Assembly: GCA_964571255.1 (NCBI GenBank)
Contig: CAZNAA010000001.1
Coordinates: 359,674-423,673 of the forward strand
Direction of reading: 5' to 3'
DNA length: 64,000 nucleotides
Source of the DNA: an uncultured Gammaproteobacteria bacterium
GTDB lineage: Bacteria > Patescibacteriota > Microgenomatia > Levybacterales > UBA12049
The translations under genes were made by a program, and so were the position numbers. The notes under the pieces were generated by a model. That model ran no database searches. It was not told the origin of the DNA and saw nothing but the letters and a program-made list of their open reading frames with translations. Shown here one piece after another: positions 18,570 through 29,021 of this stretch. Within the stretch, counting starts at the first letter, position 1. Each line of letters starts with the position of its first letter.

Positions 18570-20345
18570 ATGGATAATCTTCAAATAGCCAGACTCCTTC
18601 GTAATGTTGCTGCAGCCTATTCTGTGTTAGATGAGAAAAGACATCGATTCCAAATCATTGCCTATAACAATGCCTCAGATACGATTGAGTCCATGACTTC
18701 TCAAGTAAAGGATTTATATAAAGAGGACTCTCTAGACGAAATCCCAGGAGTAGGAGAATCATTAAAGACACATTTAAAAGAACTCCTCCAAACTGGAAAG
18801 GTAAAGCAGTTTGAAGATCTTTTCGAAAAACTTCCTGCGGCAATGTTTCCTCTCTTAGACATCCCTGGCTTTGGACCAAAAAGAGCGTTCAAACTTGTTA
18901 CTCATTTTAACCTCAACATGCCTGAATCAGTCACTCAAGATCTAGAAAATTTAGCGAAAAAAGGTGAAATTGCTCAGTTAGAGGGTTTTGGAGAAAAGTC
19001 TGAAAAACAAATCCTTCAAAGTCTTGAAGAGTTTAAGCTAGGTAAAGGAAAATCTGATCGAATGAGTTTAACCTTTGCAAACGAACTGGCTGAGAAAATC
19101 TTAACTCACCTGCACAAATCCCCCCACGTAAAAGAAGCCTTTCCACTTGGAAGTCTCAGACGCAGAGTAAGTACCATAGGGGACGTTGATATTGCGGTTA
19201 CTACAGATGATTCAGAAGCCGTTTTAGCTCATTTTGGAACCTATCCCTATGCAGAACGAGTCATACAATCAGGAAAAAACGAATCTTCGCTTCTTACTGC
19301 AGGAGGACGACGAGTGGATTTACGAGTACAAGACAAAAAAAGCTTTGGTTCTCTTCTCCAGCACTTTACTGGAAGTAAAAATCATAATATTGAGCTTAGA
19401 GAATATGCTCTTAAAAAAGGTATTTCTCTTTCTGAATGGGGAATTCGCCCATCTAGTGCACAAAAGAAAGAAGAATTAACTACCTATGAAACAGAGGAGT
19501 TATTTTATAACGCACTTGGCCTTGAGTGGATCCCACCAGAACTTAGAGAAAATACCGGCGAGATAGAAGCAGCTCGTACGCATAAGCTCCCTTCTCTTAT
19601 TACTCTTGAGGATATTAAGGGAGATTATCATCTTCACTCAAGCTTTCCAGTTGAGGAAAGTCACGATGCTGGACGTGACAGTATGGAGACTATGACAAAA
19701 CGAGCACAAGAATTGTCCTATACGTCTTTAGGCTTTTCTGAGCACAATCCAAGCGTCATGGGACACACCAAAGAACAGATAACTAAACTCATAAAAAGCA
19801 AGTGGAATAAGACTAAAGAGCTACAAAAGAGTATTAAAGATGTTCGAATATTTTGTTTACTCGAAACGGATATTCAGCCCAACGGAAACCTGGCACTTCC
19901 TGAAGAAGCATTTGAGTATTTGGATGCAACTCTTGTTTCTATTCATAGTCAATTCACTCAGCCAAAAGATGAAATGACAAAACGCATTTTAAAAGGACTT
20001 TCCCATCCTAAAGCCAAAATCTTTGCTCACCCCACTGCCAGGCTCATTAATCAAAGAAATAGTATTGATGCAGATTGGGAACTCATTTTTAAGCATTGTA
20101 AAGAAAATAATATTGCCCTTGAAGTTAATGCTTCACCCCAACGCTTAGATCTTCCTGACACACTCGCCCATGAGGCTGTGCGAATGGAAATTCCCTTGAT
20201 TATTAATACCGATAGCCATGATGTAGGAGGAATGGACCTGATGAAATATGGAGTATATGTAGCCAGGCGTGCCTGGGCTGAGAAAAAAAATATTATTAAT
20301 GCCTGGCCAGAAGAAGAGATTGAAGAGTGGTTTTCAAACAAATAA
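18570..20345 (+). CDS. polX: DNA polymerase X with PHP domain
   Basis: HhH motifs, GSLRR, GDVD, VDLR, HFTGSK; PHP HLHS, AHP, NTDSH. Confidence 0.94.
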   Translation: MDNLQIARLLRNVAAAYSVLDEKRHRFQIIAYNNASDTIESMTSQVKDLYKEDSLDEIPGVGESLKTHLKELLQTGKVKQFEDLFEKLPAAMFPLLDIPGFGPKRAFKLVTHFNLNMPESVTQDLENLAKKGEIAQLEGFGEKSEKQILQSLEEFKLGKGKSDRMSLTFANELAEKILTHLHKSPHVKEAFPLGSLRRRVSTIGDVDIAVTTDDSEAVLAHFGTYPYAERVIQSGKNESSLLTAGGRRVDLRVQDKKSFGSLLQHFTGSKNHNIELREYALKKGISLSEWGIRPSSAQKKEELTTYETEELFYNALGLEWIPPELRENTGEIEAARTHKLPSLITLEDIKGDYHLHSSFPVEESHDAGRDSMETMTKRAQELSYTSLGFSEHNPSVMGHTKEQITKLIKSKWNKTKELQKSIKDVRIFCLLETDIQPNGNLALPEEAFEYLDATLVSIHSQFTQPKDEMTKRILKGLSHPKAKIFAHPTARLINQRNSIDADWELIFKHCKENNIALEVNASPQRLDLPDTLAHEAVRMEIPLIINTDSHDVGGMDLMKYGVYVARRAWAEKKNIINAWPEEEIEEWFSNK

Positions 20346-20389
20346 CTGCTTATTTACATTTATTTGACTTTTTCTGCTATACTATTCTT

Positions 20390-20941
20390 ATGTACACAGG
20401 ACCAATCATTTTAGGCATAGTCGTTCTTGTCTTAGCTTTCCTCTGGTTTACGTATAACGCTCTCGTTACCGCACGACTTCGAATTAAAGAAGCACTTTCT
20501 CATATTGATGTGCAACTAAAGCGTCGTGCTGATCTTATCCCAAATCTTGTTGAAACAGTTAAGGGGTATACGAAGCATGAAAAAGAACTCCTAGAAAATG
20601 TAACTAAGGCTCGAACGTCTCTGATGAATGCCTCTAGTACTCAAGAAAAGGCACAAGCAAACAATATGCTCTCAGACACACTAAAATCTCTTTTTGCAGT
20701 CTCTGAGAATTATCCTGATTTGAAGGCAAACCAAAACTTTTTAAGCCTCCAAGGAGAACTATCTGATACGGAAAATAAGATTGCTGCTTCGCGCCAATTC
20801 ATGAATAGTACGGTGCTTGACTACAATACTCGAATTCAAACCTTTCCAAGTAATATTATCGCCTCAATGTTTAAGTTTACTCCTGAGGAGTTCTTCGCAG
20901 CAACTGATGCTGAAAGAAAAGAAGTTAAAGTTCAATTCTAA
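20390..20941 (+). CDS. lemA: LemA family protein
   Basis: [31 protein letters not shown]. Confidence 0.94.
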   Translation: MYTGPIILGIVVLVLAFLWFTYNALVTARLRIKEALSHIDVQLKRRADLIPNLVETVKGYTKHEKELLENVTKARTSLMNASSTQEKAQANNMLSDTLKSLFAVSENYPDLKANQNFLSLQGELSDTENKIAASRQFMNSTVLDYNTRIQTFPSNIIASMFKFTPEEFFAATDAERKEVKVQF

Positions 20942-20955
20942 TTCCCTTCTTAGCT

Positions 20956-21861
20956 ATGGCTACTAGTTTATATCAAGAACGTTCAGCAAATATTCGTAAA
21001 ACTTGGATCATCATGATTCTGTTTACTCTTTTTCTCGTAACTATTGGCTATGTCTTTGGCAAAGCCAGCGGAGGCTCAGCTCTTTCCTACGTAGGACTTG
21101 CTTTTATTATTTCTGGAATCTCGACCTTTGGAAGCTATTTCTACTCTGACAAACTAGTTTTGATGTCAACTGGAGCTCAAGCAGTAACTCGTGAAGAATT
21201 TCCTGTTTTATACAATACGGTTGAAAACTTAGCTATCGCTCAAGGCCTTCCTATGCCTAAAGTGTATGTAATTGATGATGCCTCTCCTAATGCCTTTGCA
21301 ACAGGGAGAGATCCAAAACACGCAGTGGTTTGTGCAACAACAGGAATTCTAAACGTACTAAATAAAGCCGAGCTTGAAGGAGTTATTGCCCATGAGCTCT
21401 CCCATATTAAAAACCTTGATATCCGTTTAATGAGTATTGTATCGATTCTTGTAGGCTCAATTGCTATTATTGCTGACTTATTTATGAGAAATCTATTTTG
21501 GGGAAGAAATTCTGATAGTGAAGGAAACAGAGGAAATAACGTTATCTTTCTTGTTTTAGGTATCGCGTTTGCGGTCCTCTCGCCCATTGTAGCGACTTTA
21601 ATTCAGCTTGCGGTATCAAGACGTCGTGAATTCTTAGCTGACGCCTCTGGAGCCCTCTTAACGCGTTATCCTGAAGGTTTAGCTTCTGCTCTTGAGAAAA
21701 TAGCTTCAAACCCTAAACCATTAGCCTCAGCCTCAAATGCAACTGCTCATTTGTTTATCAGTAATCCATTTAGAGAGAAACAAGGATCAGCTTGGCTTTC
21801 TTCCCTTTTCAATACTCACCCACCAACCGAGGAGAGAGTCAAGATTTTAAGATCCATGTAG
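20956..21861 (+). CDS. htpX: Membrane zinc metalloprotease HtpX
   Basis: PNAFATG, AHELSH, SRRREFLAD, THPP. Confidence 0.94.
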   Translation: MATSLYQERSANIRKTWIIMILFTLFLVTIGYVFGKASGGSALSYVGLAFIISGISTFGSYFYSDKLVLMSTGAQAVTREEFPVLYNTVENLAIAQGLPMPKVYVIDDASPNAFATGRDPKHAVVCATTGILNVLNKAELEGVIAHELSHIKNLDIRLMSIVSILVGSIAIIADLFMRNLFWGRNSDSEGNRGNNVIFLVLGIAFAVLSPIVATLIQLAVSRRREFLADASGALLTRYPEGLASALEKIASNPKPLASASNATAHLFISNPFREKQGSAWLSSLFNTHPPTEERVKILRSM

Positions 21862-22103
21862 GACTTGCTCATCTAGTGCATTTGCTATAGTCTTCCAATG
21901 AGCTCAACTGAAGCAGCTTTTCCTCAAAACGATTTCCCTTATAATATATGAGAAGTTCGTGATATAAAAGCCTCTTCAAAAATAGGTCTTAAAAATTGAT
22001 AGAAGATATGATTCTTTTTATTCTTCAAAGCTTTATTTTCTTTCTCGGGACAACTTAGGATTTACTCACAATGTTGGTCACAAATTTCCGGTATAATAAG
22101 ATT

Positions 22104-23399
22104 ATGAGAAACCTATTTCTTATCTATCTTGGGAAGCTAGTTTCGTATATTTTTCGCATAACCCTACTGGGTAACGGGTCAACCTGGCCAGGACATATTG
22201 CCTTACATACCAACAAAAACTTCATTAAAGAGGTCATATCCTCAAGTACCATCAAAATTATTATCATTGCCGGAACTAACGGAAAAACAACAACAGCAAA
22301 AATCTTGCGAACTATTCTTGAGAAAAATGGTAAACGAGTACTACAAAATGAATCGGGTGCAAACCTTTTAAATGGGATAGCATCAACTCTTATTCTTGCG
22401 TCCAATAGTATGGGAAAACTTCCTTATGACTTTGCCATTTTTGAAGTAGATGAAAATGCGCTACCCCATCTCATCAAAGAAGTAACTCCGAACTATCTTA
22501 TTTTACTTAACCTTTTTAGAGACCAACTAGATAGATATGGTGAAGTAAGAAGTATAGCAACAAAATGGAAAACAGTTGTCTCTTCCCTCCCTCTTCAAAC
22601 GACTTGTATCCTTAATGCTCATGACCCTGAGATTGCTTATCTTGGAAAAGACATCACTGCTCTAGTAAAATATTATGGGATTGATAATGAAGAAGCTCTG
22701 CAAGAGAAACAAGATCATGCCGTTGATTCAACCTACTGTCCCAACTGTCAATCCGCTCTGATTTATACCAAGCAATATTACGCTCATTTAGGCAATTGGC
22801 ACTGTCCGTCTTGCAGTGCTAAGATTACAGGTCCAGTTTACTCCCACTTTTCTGCCTTTCCTCTGCCAGGCATCTATAATGAGTATAATACCCTCGCAGC
22901 AGTCCTTACTGCATGTGAGATTGGCATCACAGAAATTGAATCTGAAGAGGCTCTGAAAGACTTCACTCCAGCTTTTGGAAGACAAGAAAAAATAAAATTC
23001 AAAGGGAAAAACCTCCAAATTTTCCTCTCCAAAAACCCAACCAGTTTTAACCAATCGCTTAGAACAATTGTAGATCTACAAGCAAAACATATACTGATTG
23101 TTCTTAATGATCGAGTAGCTGATGGACATGATATCTCTTGGATTTGGGATACGGAAATAGAGAACTATCTTCATACCCTTACTGACATCACTCTCTCTGG
23201 AGATCGAGCATTAGATATGGCTGTCAGGTGCAAGTATACTGACATTACACAAAAAAATATTAAGGTCGTTGAAGACTTGGAAGAAGCTATTGAAAAATCC
23301 GTTGGTCTTCTTCCTTTTTCTGAAACTCTCTACATTCTCCCGACCTATACAGCAATGCTTGAAGTTCGGAAAATAGTAACAGGGAAAGGGATATTATGA
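22104..23399 (+). CDS. murT: Lipid II isoglutaminyl synthase subunit MurT
   Basis: GTNGKTTT, FEVDE, NLFRDQLDRYGE, Cys4 Zn ribbon, DGHDISWIWD, TYTAML. Confidence 0.9.
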   Translation: MRNLFLIYLGKLVSYIFRITLLGNGSTWPGHIALHTNKNFIKEVISSSTIKIIIIAGTNGKTTTAKILRTILEKNGKRVLQNESGANLLNGIASTLILASNSMGKLPYDFAIFEVDENALPHLIKEVTPNYLILLNLFRDQLDRYGEVRSIATKWKTVVSSLPLQTTCILNAHDPEIAYLGKDITALVKYYGIDNEEALQEKQDHAVDSTYCPNCQSALIYTKQYYAHLGNWHCPSCSAKITGPVYSHFSAFPLPGIYNEYNTLAAVLTACEIGITEIESEEALKDFTPAFGRQEKIKFKGKNLQIFLSKNPTSFNQSLRTIVDLQAKHILIVLNDRVADGHDISWIWDTEIENYLHTLTDITLSGDRALDMAVRCKYTDITQKNIKVVEDLEEAIEKSVGLLPFSETLYILPTYTAMLEVRKIVTGKGIL

Positions 23400-24208
23400 C
23401 AGATAAACAAGTTCCATCAAACAATTCCCTTTCATTAATAATTGGTTGGCTCTATCCAGAACTGATGAGTACCTATGGAGACAGAGGAAACATTCTGGTA
23501 CTCAAGAAACGCTGTGAGTGGAGAGGGATAGAAGTGACAGTTCTCCCTATCACTGAGTCTCTTTCTGCCACCGAAATGAAAGGAGTCGATCTTCTCTTTG
23601 GTGGAGGGGCACAAGACACTGAGCAAGGGATCGTGATGAATGACTTGAAAGGAAAAAAAGGGCAAGTGATAAAGGAATTAATAGAGAAAAACGTCCCATC
23701 ACTTTTTGTTTGTGGGTCTCCCCAACTTATGGGAAAATACTATGAGCCATCAGTGGGGGAACGTATTGAGGGACTGGGAATTTTTGATATGGTAACAACT
23801 CATCCAGGTGAAAAGAAAAAGCGCCTTATTGGAAATACCGTTGGAAAGATTCTTTGGAAAAACTTTTCCGATACTTCCCCGGCCAAAAACCAAGGGCACT
23901 ATATTGTTGGTTTTGAAAATCATGGAGGGCGAACAACTCTAGGAAAAAACGCTTTACCCTTTGCAACAGTTATCAAAGGATATGGAAATAATGGAGAAGA
24001 CAAGACAGAAGGAGTAGCCTATAAAAATGCACTTGGTTGTTACTATCATGGACCTCTTCTTCCCAAAAATCCTCACCTTGCTGATTGGTTAATAAAAACA
24101 GCACTTGAGATAAAGTATCAAAAACAGATAGAGCTTTCTCCACTTGATGATACTTTAGAATACCTAGCTCAATCAGTTATTGCCAAAAGGCTAGGCGTCA
24201 CGATATAA
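23396..24208 (+). CDS. gatD: Glutamine amidotransferase GatD (CobQ-like)
   Basis: LYPELMSTYGDRGN, GGGAQD, VCG, GFENHGG, HGPLLPKNP. Confidence 0.9.
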   Translation: MTDKQVPSNNSLSLIIGWLYPELMSTYGDRGNILVLKKRCEWRGIEVTVLPITESLSATEMKGVDLLFGGGAQDTEQGIVMNDLKGKKGQVIKELIEKNVPSLFVCGSPQLMGKYYEPSVGERIEGLGIFDMVTTHPGEKKKRLIGNTVGKILWKNFSDTSPAKNQGHYIVGFENHGGRTTLGKNALPFATVIKGYGNNGEDKTEGVAYKNALGCYYHGPLLPKNPHLADWLIKTALEIKYQKQIELSPLDDTLEYLAQSVIAKRLGVTI

Positions 24209-24215
24209 TCCAGCT

Positions 24216-24494
24216 ATGAATGTTACGCAAGTTGCTTCCTTAGCAAACCTTACTCTTTCTCCTACGCAACTAACCCGGTTTGAAAAACAGTTAGCTGATG
24301 TACTCCACTATATAGAACAATTAAATAATGTCGATACAACTAATGTTATTCCAACTAGCCAAGTAACAGGACTTGAAAATGTAACTCGAGTAGATACCTC
24401 TTCTCACTCTTTCACGCAGGAAGAAGCTTTGTCTCAAGCTTCAGGAATCCAGAATGGATTTTTCCAGGTGAAAGGAATTTTTGAGAATGAGTAA
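24216..24494 (+). CDS. gatC: Asp/Glu-tRNA amidotransferase subunit C
   Basis: VASLANL, LNNVDT, PTSQV, FFQVKGI; upstream of gatA/gatB. Confidence 0.88.
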   Translation: MNVTQVASLANLTLSPTQLTRFEKQLADVLHYIEQLNNVDTTNVIPTSQVTGLENVTRVDTSSHSFTQEEALSQASGIQNGFFQVKGIFENE

Positions 24495-25176
24495 AACTAC
24501 TATCTATCTTACTCGCCACGCCCAATCCATTGGAAACGCCAACTACGATAATGGTATCTTTACTCATAAAGATCCTACAAGTGCTGGTTCTGACCTCAGT
24601 GAGCTTGGTTTCACTCAAGCTCAGACACTTTCTCAACAACTAAAAGACGTTCCTTTTGCTAGTGCGTATTCATCAGATCTTCTGAGAGCAATTCGTACTG
24701 CTCAAATCATTATTGAAGAAAAAGATATTCCCTTTACCATTATTCCTGATTTAAAAGAACGAAGAACTGGAAGTCTTGGAGGAAAAACTGCACTCGAGTT
24801 AAAAGAAAAATACCCGTACATTTTAGGCAATCCTTTAGAGCTTACAACAGAGCAGATGTGGGAATGGAAACTCTTTGAGGATATGGAAACAGCCAGAGAA
24901 GCAGTTACCCGAATGAAAGAAGCACTTGATGCGATTGCCAAAGAACAGGACGGGAAGACAGTATTAGTAGTAAGTCATGGAAATGCGATGAGAAATCTCC
25001 TTGTTTTACTGAAACAGGGATCATTTGCCAACTTTCGTTCAGGTACCATTCCAAACTGCAGTTATATCGTACTGGAATACAGTAGTGGTACTTGTGAAGT
25101 AAAAGAACTTGTTGGCATAACTAAATATAATGCTCCTGAAGATATTACGAAGCTTCAACAAAACGAACAACTATGA
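24487..25176 (+). CDS. Histidine phosphatase family protein
   Basis: RHAQS, SSDLLRAIRTA, VSHG. Confidence 0.88.
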   Translation: MSKTTIYLTRHAQSIGNANYDNGIFTHKDPTSAGSDLSELGFTQAQTLSQQLKDVPFASAYSSDLLRAIRTAQIIIEEKDIPFTIIPDLKERRTGSLGGKTALELKEKYPYILGNPLELTTEQMWEWKLFEDMETAREAVTRMKEALDAIAKEQDGKTVLVVSHGNAMRNLLVLLKQGSFANFRSGTIPNCSYIVLEYSSGTCEVKELVGITKYNAPEDITKLQQNEQL

Positions 25177-25613
25177 TTAACCATCTTCATCATTCAATAA
25201 AAATAGCAACAACTCTCACTGATATATCAAAAAGTCTCATTCTCTCTTTTGAGCAAGCAAAAAAAGAAAAAAATACTATTCAAATTGGCTACGTTTCTGG
25301 AATAATCACTTCAGAGGGACCAGAACATATTCAAAGAAATATCCTTCTTCTTAAGACTCATGCTCAACGACTTCGTGAAATTCACTCATTTCCTATTATT
25401 AGTGCCCCTGATATTTTTACAAGCGAAGTACCTATTCAAATCGATTCACCAAATATTCCCTATCAAGATTGGATACAATTTTGGAGAGACGTACTACGAT
25501 CAGGATATATTACCGACATTTTTATGACTCCTAGATGGGAAAAATCCACTGGTGCTAAAGATGAGTTTCAAATAGCTAATGAAGAAGATATGACTATTCA
25601 CTATATTTCATAG
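25173..25613 (+). CDS. Hypothetical protein, DUF4406-like C-terminus
   Basis: YVSG near the N-terminus, WEKSTGAKDE motif; translationally coupled. Confidence 0.55.
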   Translation: MINHLHHSIKIATTLTDISKSLILSFEQAKKEKNTIQIGYVSGIITSEGPEHIQRNILLLKTHAQRLREIHSFPIISAPDIFTSEVPIQIDSPNIPYQDWIQFWRDVLRSGYITDIFMTPRWEKSTGAKDEFQIANEEDMTIHYIS

Positions 25614-25615
25614 GT

Positions 25616-26284
25616 ATGAAAAATCCACATGAGCTAATAGATACAATAAATGAAGTAGTTGGACAAACTATGAAAAAAACAACGATCTATTTAGTACGGC
25701 ACGGACAAGCTGATTGGAATATCGAAAGGAGACTGATTGGTCATACTGACAGACCTCTAACTGAACTGGGGCGTGAACAGGCAAAAGAACTAGCAGAAAC
25801 TCTTTCTCCAATTCATTTTGATGCTATTTATTCCTCAGATCTGTCTCGCGCCAGAGAAACGGCAGAAATCATTGCCTCAATTCGAAATCTTCCGGTAACA
25901 ACAGATGCACGTTTTAGAGAAAAATCATATGGTCCGCTTGAAGGAATATCACATGAAGAAATGAAAGTGATCTATAAAGATTGGGGAAACTATACAGAAG
26001 AGCAAAAATGGAATATCTCTCAAGCCGGTGAAGAAACAAATAGTGCTGCAGTTACACGAGCTTTATCCGTTCTTGAGGAAGTTGGAAGAAAAGAAGAAGG
26101 AAAAACTATTCTTATCGCAACTCATGGTGGATTTATTCGTTTCCTTCTTATCAAATTAGGTGTAGGAGATTTTGATAAAGTAGGAGGCATTGACAACTGT
26201 GGGTATGTTAAACTAATCTTCAGCGGAGGTACTTTTACTGTCGAAAAAACAGTAGGACTTCGTACCTGGAAGGAAAAACACTAA
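25616..26284 (+). CDS. Histidine phosphatase family protein
   Basis: LVRHGQ, SSDLSRARETA, ATHGG. Confidence 0.9.
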   Translation: MKNPHELIDTINEVVGQTMKKTTIYLVRHGQADWNIERRLIGHTDRPLTELGREQAKELAETLSPIHFDAIYSSDLSRARETAEIIASIRNLPVTTDARFREKSYGPLEGISHEEMKVIYKDWGNYTEEQKWNISQAGEETNSAAVTRALSVLEEVGRKEEGKTILIATHGGFIRFLLIKLGVGDFDKVGGIDNCGYVKLIFSGGTFTVEKTVGLRTWKEKH

Positions 26285-27693
26285 TGGATCTATCTAATCT
26301 TACACTTACACAAGCCCTTTCTGATCTTTCAGAGAAGAAATATTCTTCAGTGGAGCTTACTCAAGCCTATCTTGCTCGTATCAAAACGCTTAACCCTTCT
26401 CTAAATGCATTTCTTACAGTTTCAGAAGATGAAGCACTTAAAAGTGCAAAAGAAGCAGACGAAAAAAGAGCCAGTGGGGACTCATCTCCCCTTTTAGGAA
26501 TTCCAGTGGCTTTCAAAGATATTTTTGTTACAAAAAACATTCGAACCACGGCAGGGTCAAAAGTGTTGGAAAACTACATTGGCCAATATGATGGAACCGT
26601 TGTATCAAAACTAAAAGAAGCTGGAGTTGTGATGGTTGGAAAAACAAATTGTGATGCATGGGCACATGGATCTAGTGGAGAAAACTCAGATTTTGGTCCA
26701 ACCAAAAATCCGTACAACTTAGAGTATATTCCTGGAGGATCTAGTAGTGGCTCACCTGTTGCGGTAGCTGCTGATATGTGTCTGGTTGCAACGGGAACTG
26801 ATACGGGTGGATCTATTAGACTTCCTGCAAGTTTTACCAATACAGTAGGACTTAAACCTACCTATGGAAGAGTGAGTAGGTATGGAGTTATTTCTATGGC
26901 ATCTTCACTAGACTCGATTGGACACTTTACCAAAACGGTTGAGGATAATGCCAGGTTTTTGCAAGTCACTGCAGGACAAGACAAACAAGATGCTACGACT
27001 CCATCTGTCGCAGTTCCCAATTATTTGTCTTTTCTGGGAAAAGAGATCAAAGGACTTCGGATTGGTGTTCCAAAAGAATACTTTATGGAAGGGATAGATA
27101 AAGAAGTCGCAGCAAAAACCCATGAAGCCTTAAAACTCCTTGAAGCAAAAGGGGCAAGTCTTGTTGATATCTCTCTTCCCAATACAGAATACGCGATTGC
27201 CGTCTACTATATAGTCCAAACAGCTGAAGTTTCATCAAATCTTGCTCGGTTTGATGGAATTCGTTTTGGAGGAGATAGAGCAAAATTTGGTGAGGAAGCC
27301 ATGAGACGAATCATGCTTGGAACCTATGTGCTTTCTGCCGGCTATTATGACGCCTACTATAATAAGGCGATGAAAGTTCGAACTCTTATCAAACAAGATT
27401 TTGATAAAGCGTTTGAAAAAGTTGATGTCATTATTACCCCCTCATCCCCCACTCCTCCGTGGAAAATTGGTGAAAAAGTAAATGATCCATTAAAAATGTA
27501 TCTCTCAGATGTATTTACCGTTACAGGAAATCTTGCAGGAGTCCCAGGACTTTCCATTCCAATTGGATTTATAAACGGTCTTCCCGTAGGAATGCAAATC
27601 TTTGCTCCTCACTTTAAAGAAGAGAGACTCTATCAGGTAGGAAGTATGTATGAAGCAGAAAACCCCGTGTGGAAGGAAAAACCAAATCTATGA
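26284..27693 (+). CDS. gatA: Asp/Glu-tRNA amidotransferase subunit A
   Basis: PGGSSSGS, GTDTGGSIR, RRIMLGTYVLSAGYYDAYY. Confidence 0.97.
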   Translation: MDLSNLTLTQALSDLSEKKYSSVELTQAYLARIKTLNPSLNAFLTVSEDEALKSAKEADEKRASGDSSPLLGIPVAFKDIFVTKNIRTTAGSKVLENYIGQYDGTVVSKLKEAGVVMVGKTNCDAWAHGSSGENSDFGPTKNPYNLEYIPGGSSSGSPVAVAADMCLVATGTDTGGSIRLPASFTNTVGLKPTYGRVSRYGVISMASSLDSIGHFTKTVEDNARFLQVTAGQDKQDATTPSVAVPNYLSFLGKEIKGLRIGVPKEYFMEGIDKEVAAKTHEALKLLEAKGASLVDISLPNTEYAIAVYYIVQTAEVSSNLARFDGIRFGGDRAKFGEEAMRRIMLGTYVLSAGYYDAYYNKAMKVRTLIKQDFDKAFEKVDVIITPSSPTPPWKIGEKVNDPLKMYLSDVFTVTGNLAGVPGLSIPIGFINGLPVGMQIFAPHFKEERLYQVGSMYEAENPVWKEKPNL

Positions 27694-29018
27694 GCAAATA
27701 TACTCCAATTATTGGCTTAGAAGTTCACGTTGAGCTAAAAACAGAATCAAAAATGTTTTGTAGCTGCAGTGCCGAATATTTTGGCAAAGAACCAAATACT
27801 CACACCTGTCCTGTCTGTTTAGGACTTCCAGGAGCTCTTCCTATTCCCAATAAAACAGCAATTGATTGGTGTATGAAGATTGCTTTAGCACTGAACTGCG
27901 ATATTTCACTTTTTTCTAAATTTGATCGCAAAAACTATTTCTACCCTGACTTAGCAAAGGGGTTTCAACTAAGCCAATATGATTTGCCTTTTGGACTTAA
28001 GGGGGAAATGAAGTTGAGTACGGGAAAAACAATTGGCATAACTCGAGTCCATATGGAGGAAGATACAGGGAAACTTACTCATACAGAAGGAGCAAGTCTT
28101 ATTGACTTTAACCGCAGTGGCGTACCCTTGGTTGAAATTGTTACTGAGCCTGATTTTTCCAGTGAAATAGAAGTCAAAGAATATCTTCAAAACCTTCAAC
28201 AAATTGTCCGGTATCTTGGCGTATCTAATGCTGATATGGAAAAGGGCGATATGAGACTTGAGCCAAATATGTCCCTTATTCCCTCAGAAAAATACCAATT
28301 TCCTATTCCTCTAGACCAACTCCCCTCCTATAAGGTCGAAGTAAAAAATATTAATTCCTTCCGATTTGTTGAAAAAGCAATTCAATATGAATTTACCAGA
28401 CAATCTGAGTTACTTGATAAAGGAGAAAAACCAAAACAAGAAACAAGGGGTTGGAATGAAGTCAAACAAATTACTGTTTCACAAAGGAGTAAAGAAGATG
28501 CCAAAGACTATCGCTACTTCCCAGAACCTGATATTCCTCCAATCATTACTACTAGAGAAAAAGTTGAAGAGTTGAAATCTTCTCTTCCTGAATTACCCAC
28601 TGAAAAAAGAGAGAGGTTTATGAAGGACTATGAATTGTCTTTTTATGACACGGAAATTATTACTCGAGACATGTCTTATGCTACTTATTTTGAAAATATC
28701 GTACGAGAGGGAAAAGACAAAGGAGTAAGTGCAAAACAGATTGCCAATGCTCTTATTAACAAACGTGTTGCCAGTGGGGTAAATCCTGAAGAAGTTATTG
28801 CAACCATTCTCTCTTTTTCCCAAGTTGCAACCATTGATGAGGGAGAATTAGAAAAAGTTATTCAAGAAGTAATTACGGAGCAAGAAAAGCCTGTTTTAGA
28901 CTACAAATCGGGAAAAGAACCTGTCATAATGTTTCTAGTAGGCTGTGTAATGAAGAAACTATCAGTAAAAGCTGATGCACAAGAGATTAAAAAAAAACTC
29001 ATTGCAGCTCTACAGTAA
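27690..29018 (+). CDS. gatB: Asp/Glu-tRNA amidotransferase subunit B
   Basis: IGLEVHVEL, FDRKNYFYPDL, HMEEDTGK, DYRYFPEPD. Confidence 0.97.
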   Translation: MSKYTPIIGLEVHVELKTESKMFCSCSAEYFGKEPNTHTCPVCLGLPGALPIPNKTAIDWCMKIALALNCDISLFSKFDRKNYFYPDLAKGFQLSQYDLPFGLKGEMKLSTGKTIGITRVHMEEDTGKLTHTEGASLIDFNRSGVPLVEIVTEPDFSSEIEVKEYLQNLQQIVRYLGVSNADMEKGDMRLEPNMSLIPSEKYQFPIPLDQLPSYKVEVKNINSFRFVEKAIQYEFTRQSELLDKGEKPKQETRGWNEVKQITVSQRSKEDAKDYRYFPEPDIPPIITTREKVEELKSSLPELPTEKRERFMKDYELSFYDTEIITRDMSYATYFENIVREGKDKGVSAKQIANALINKRVASGVNPEEVIATILSFSQVATIDEGELEKVIQEVITEQEKPVLDYKSGKEPVIMFLVGCVMKKLSVKADAQEIKKKLIAALQ

Positions 29019-29021
29019 GTT

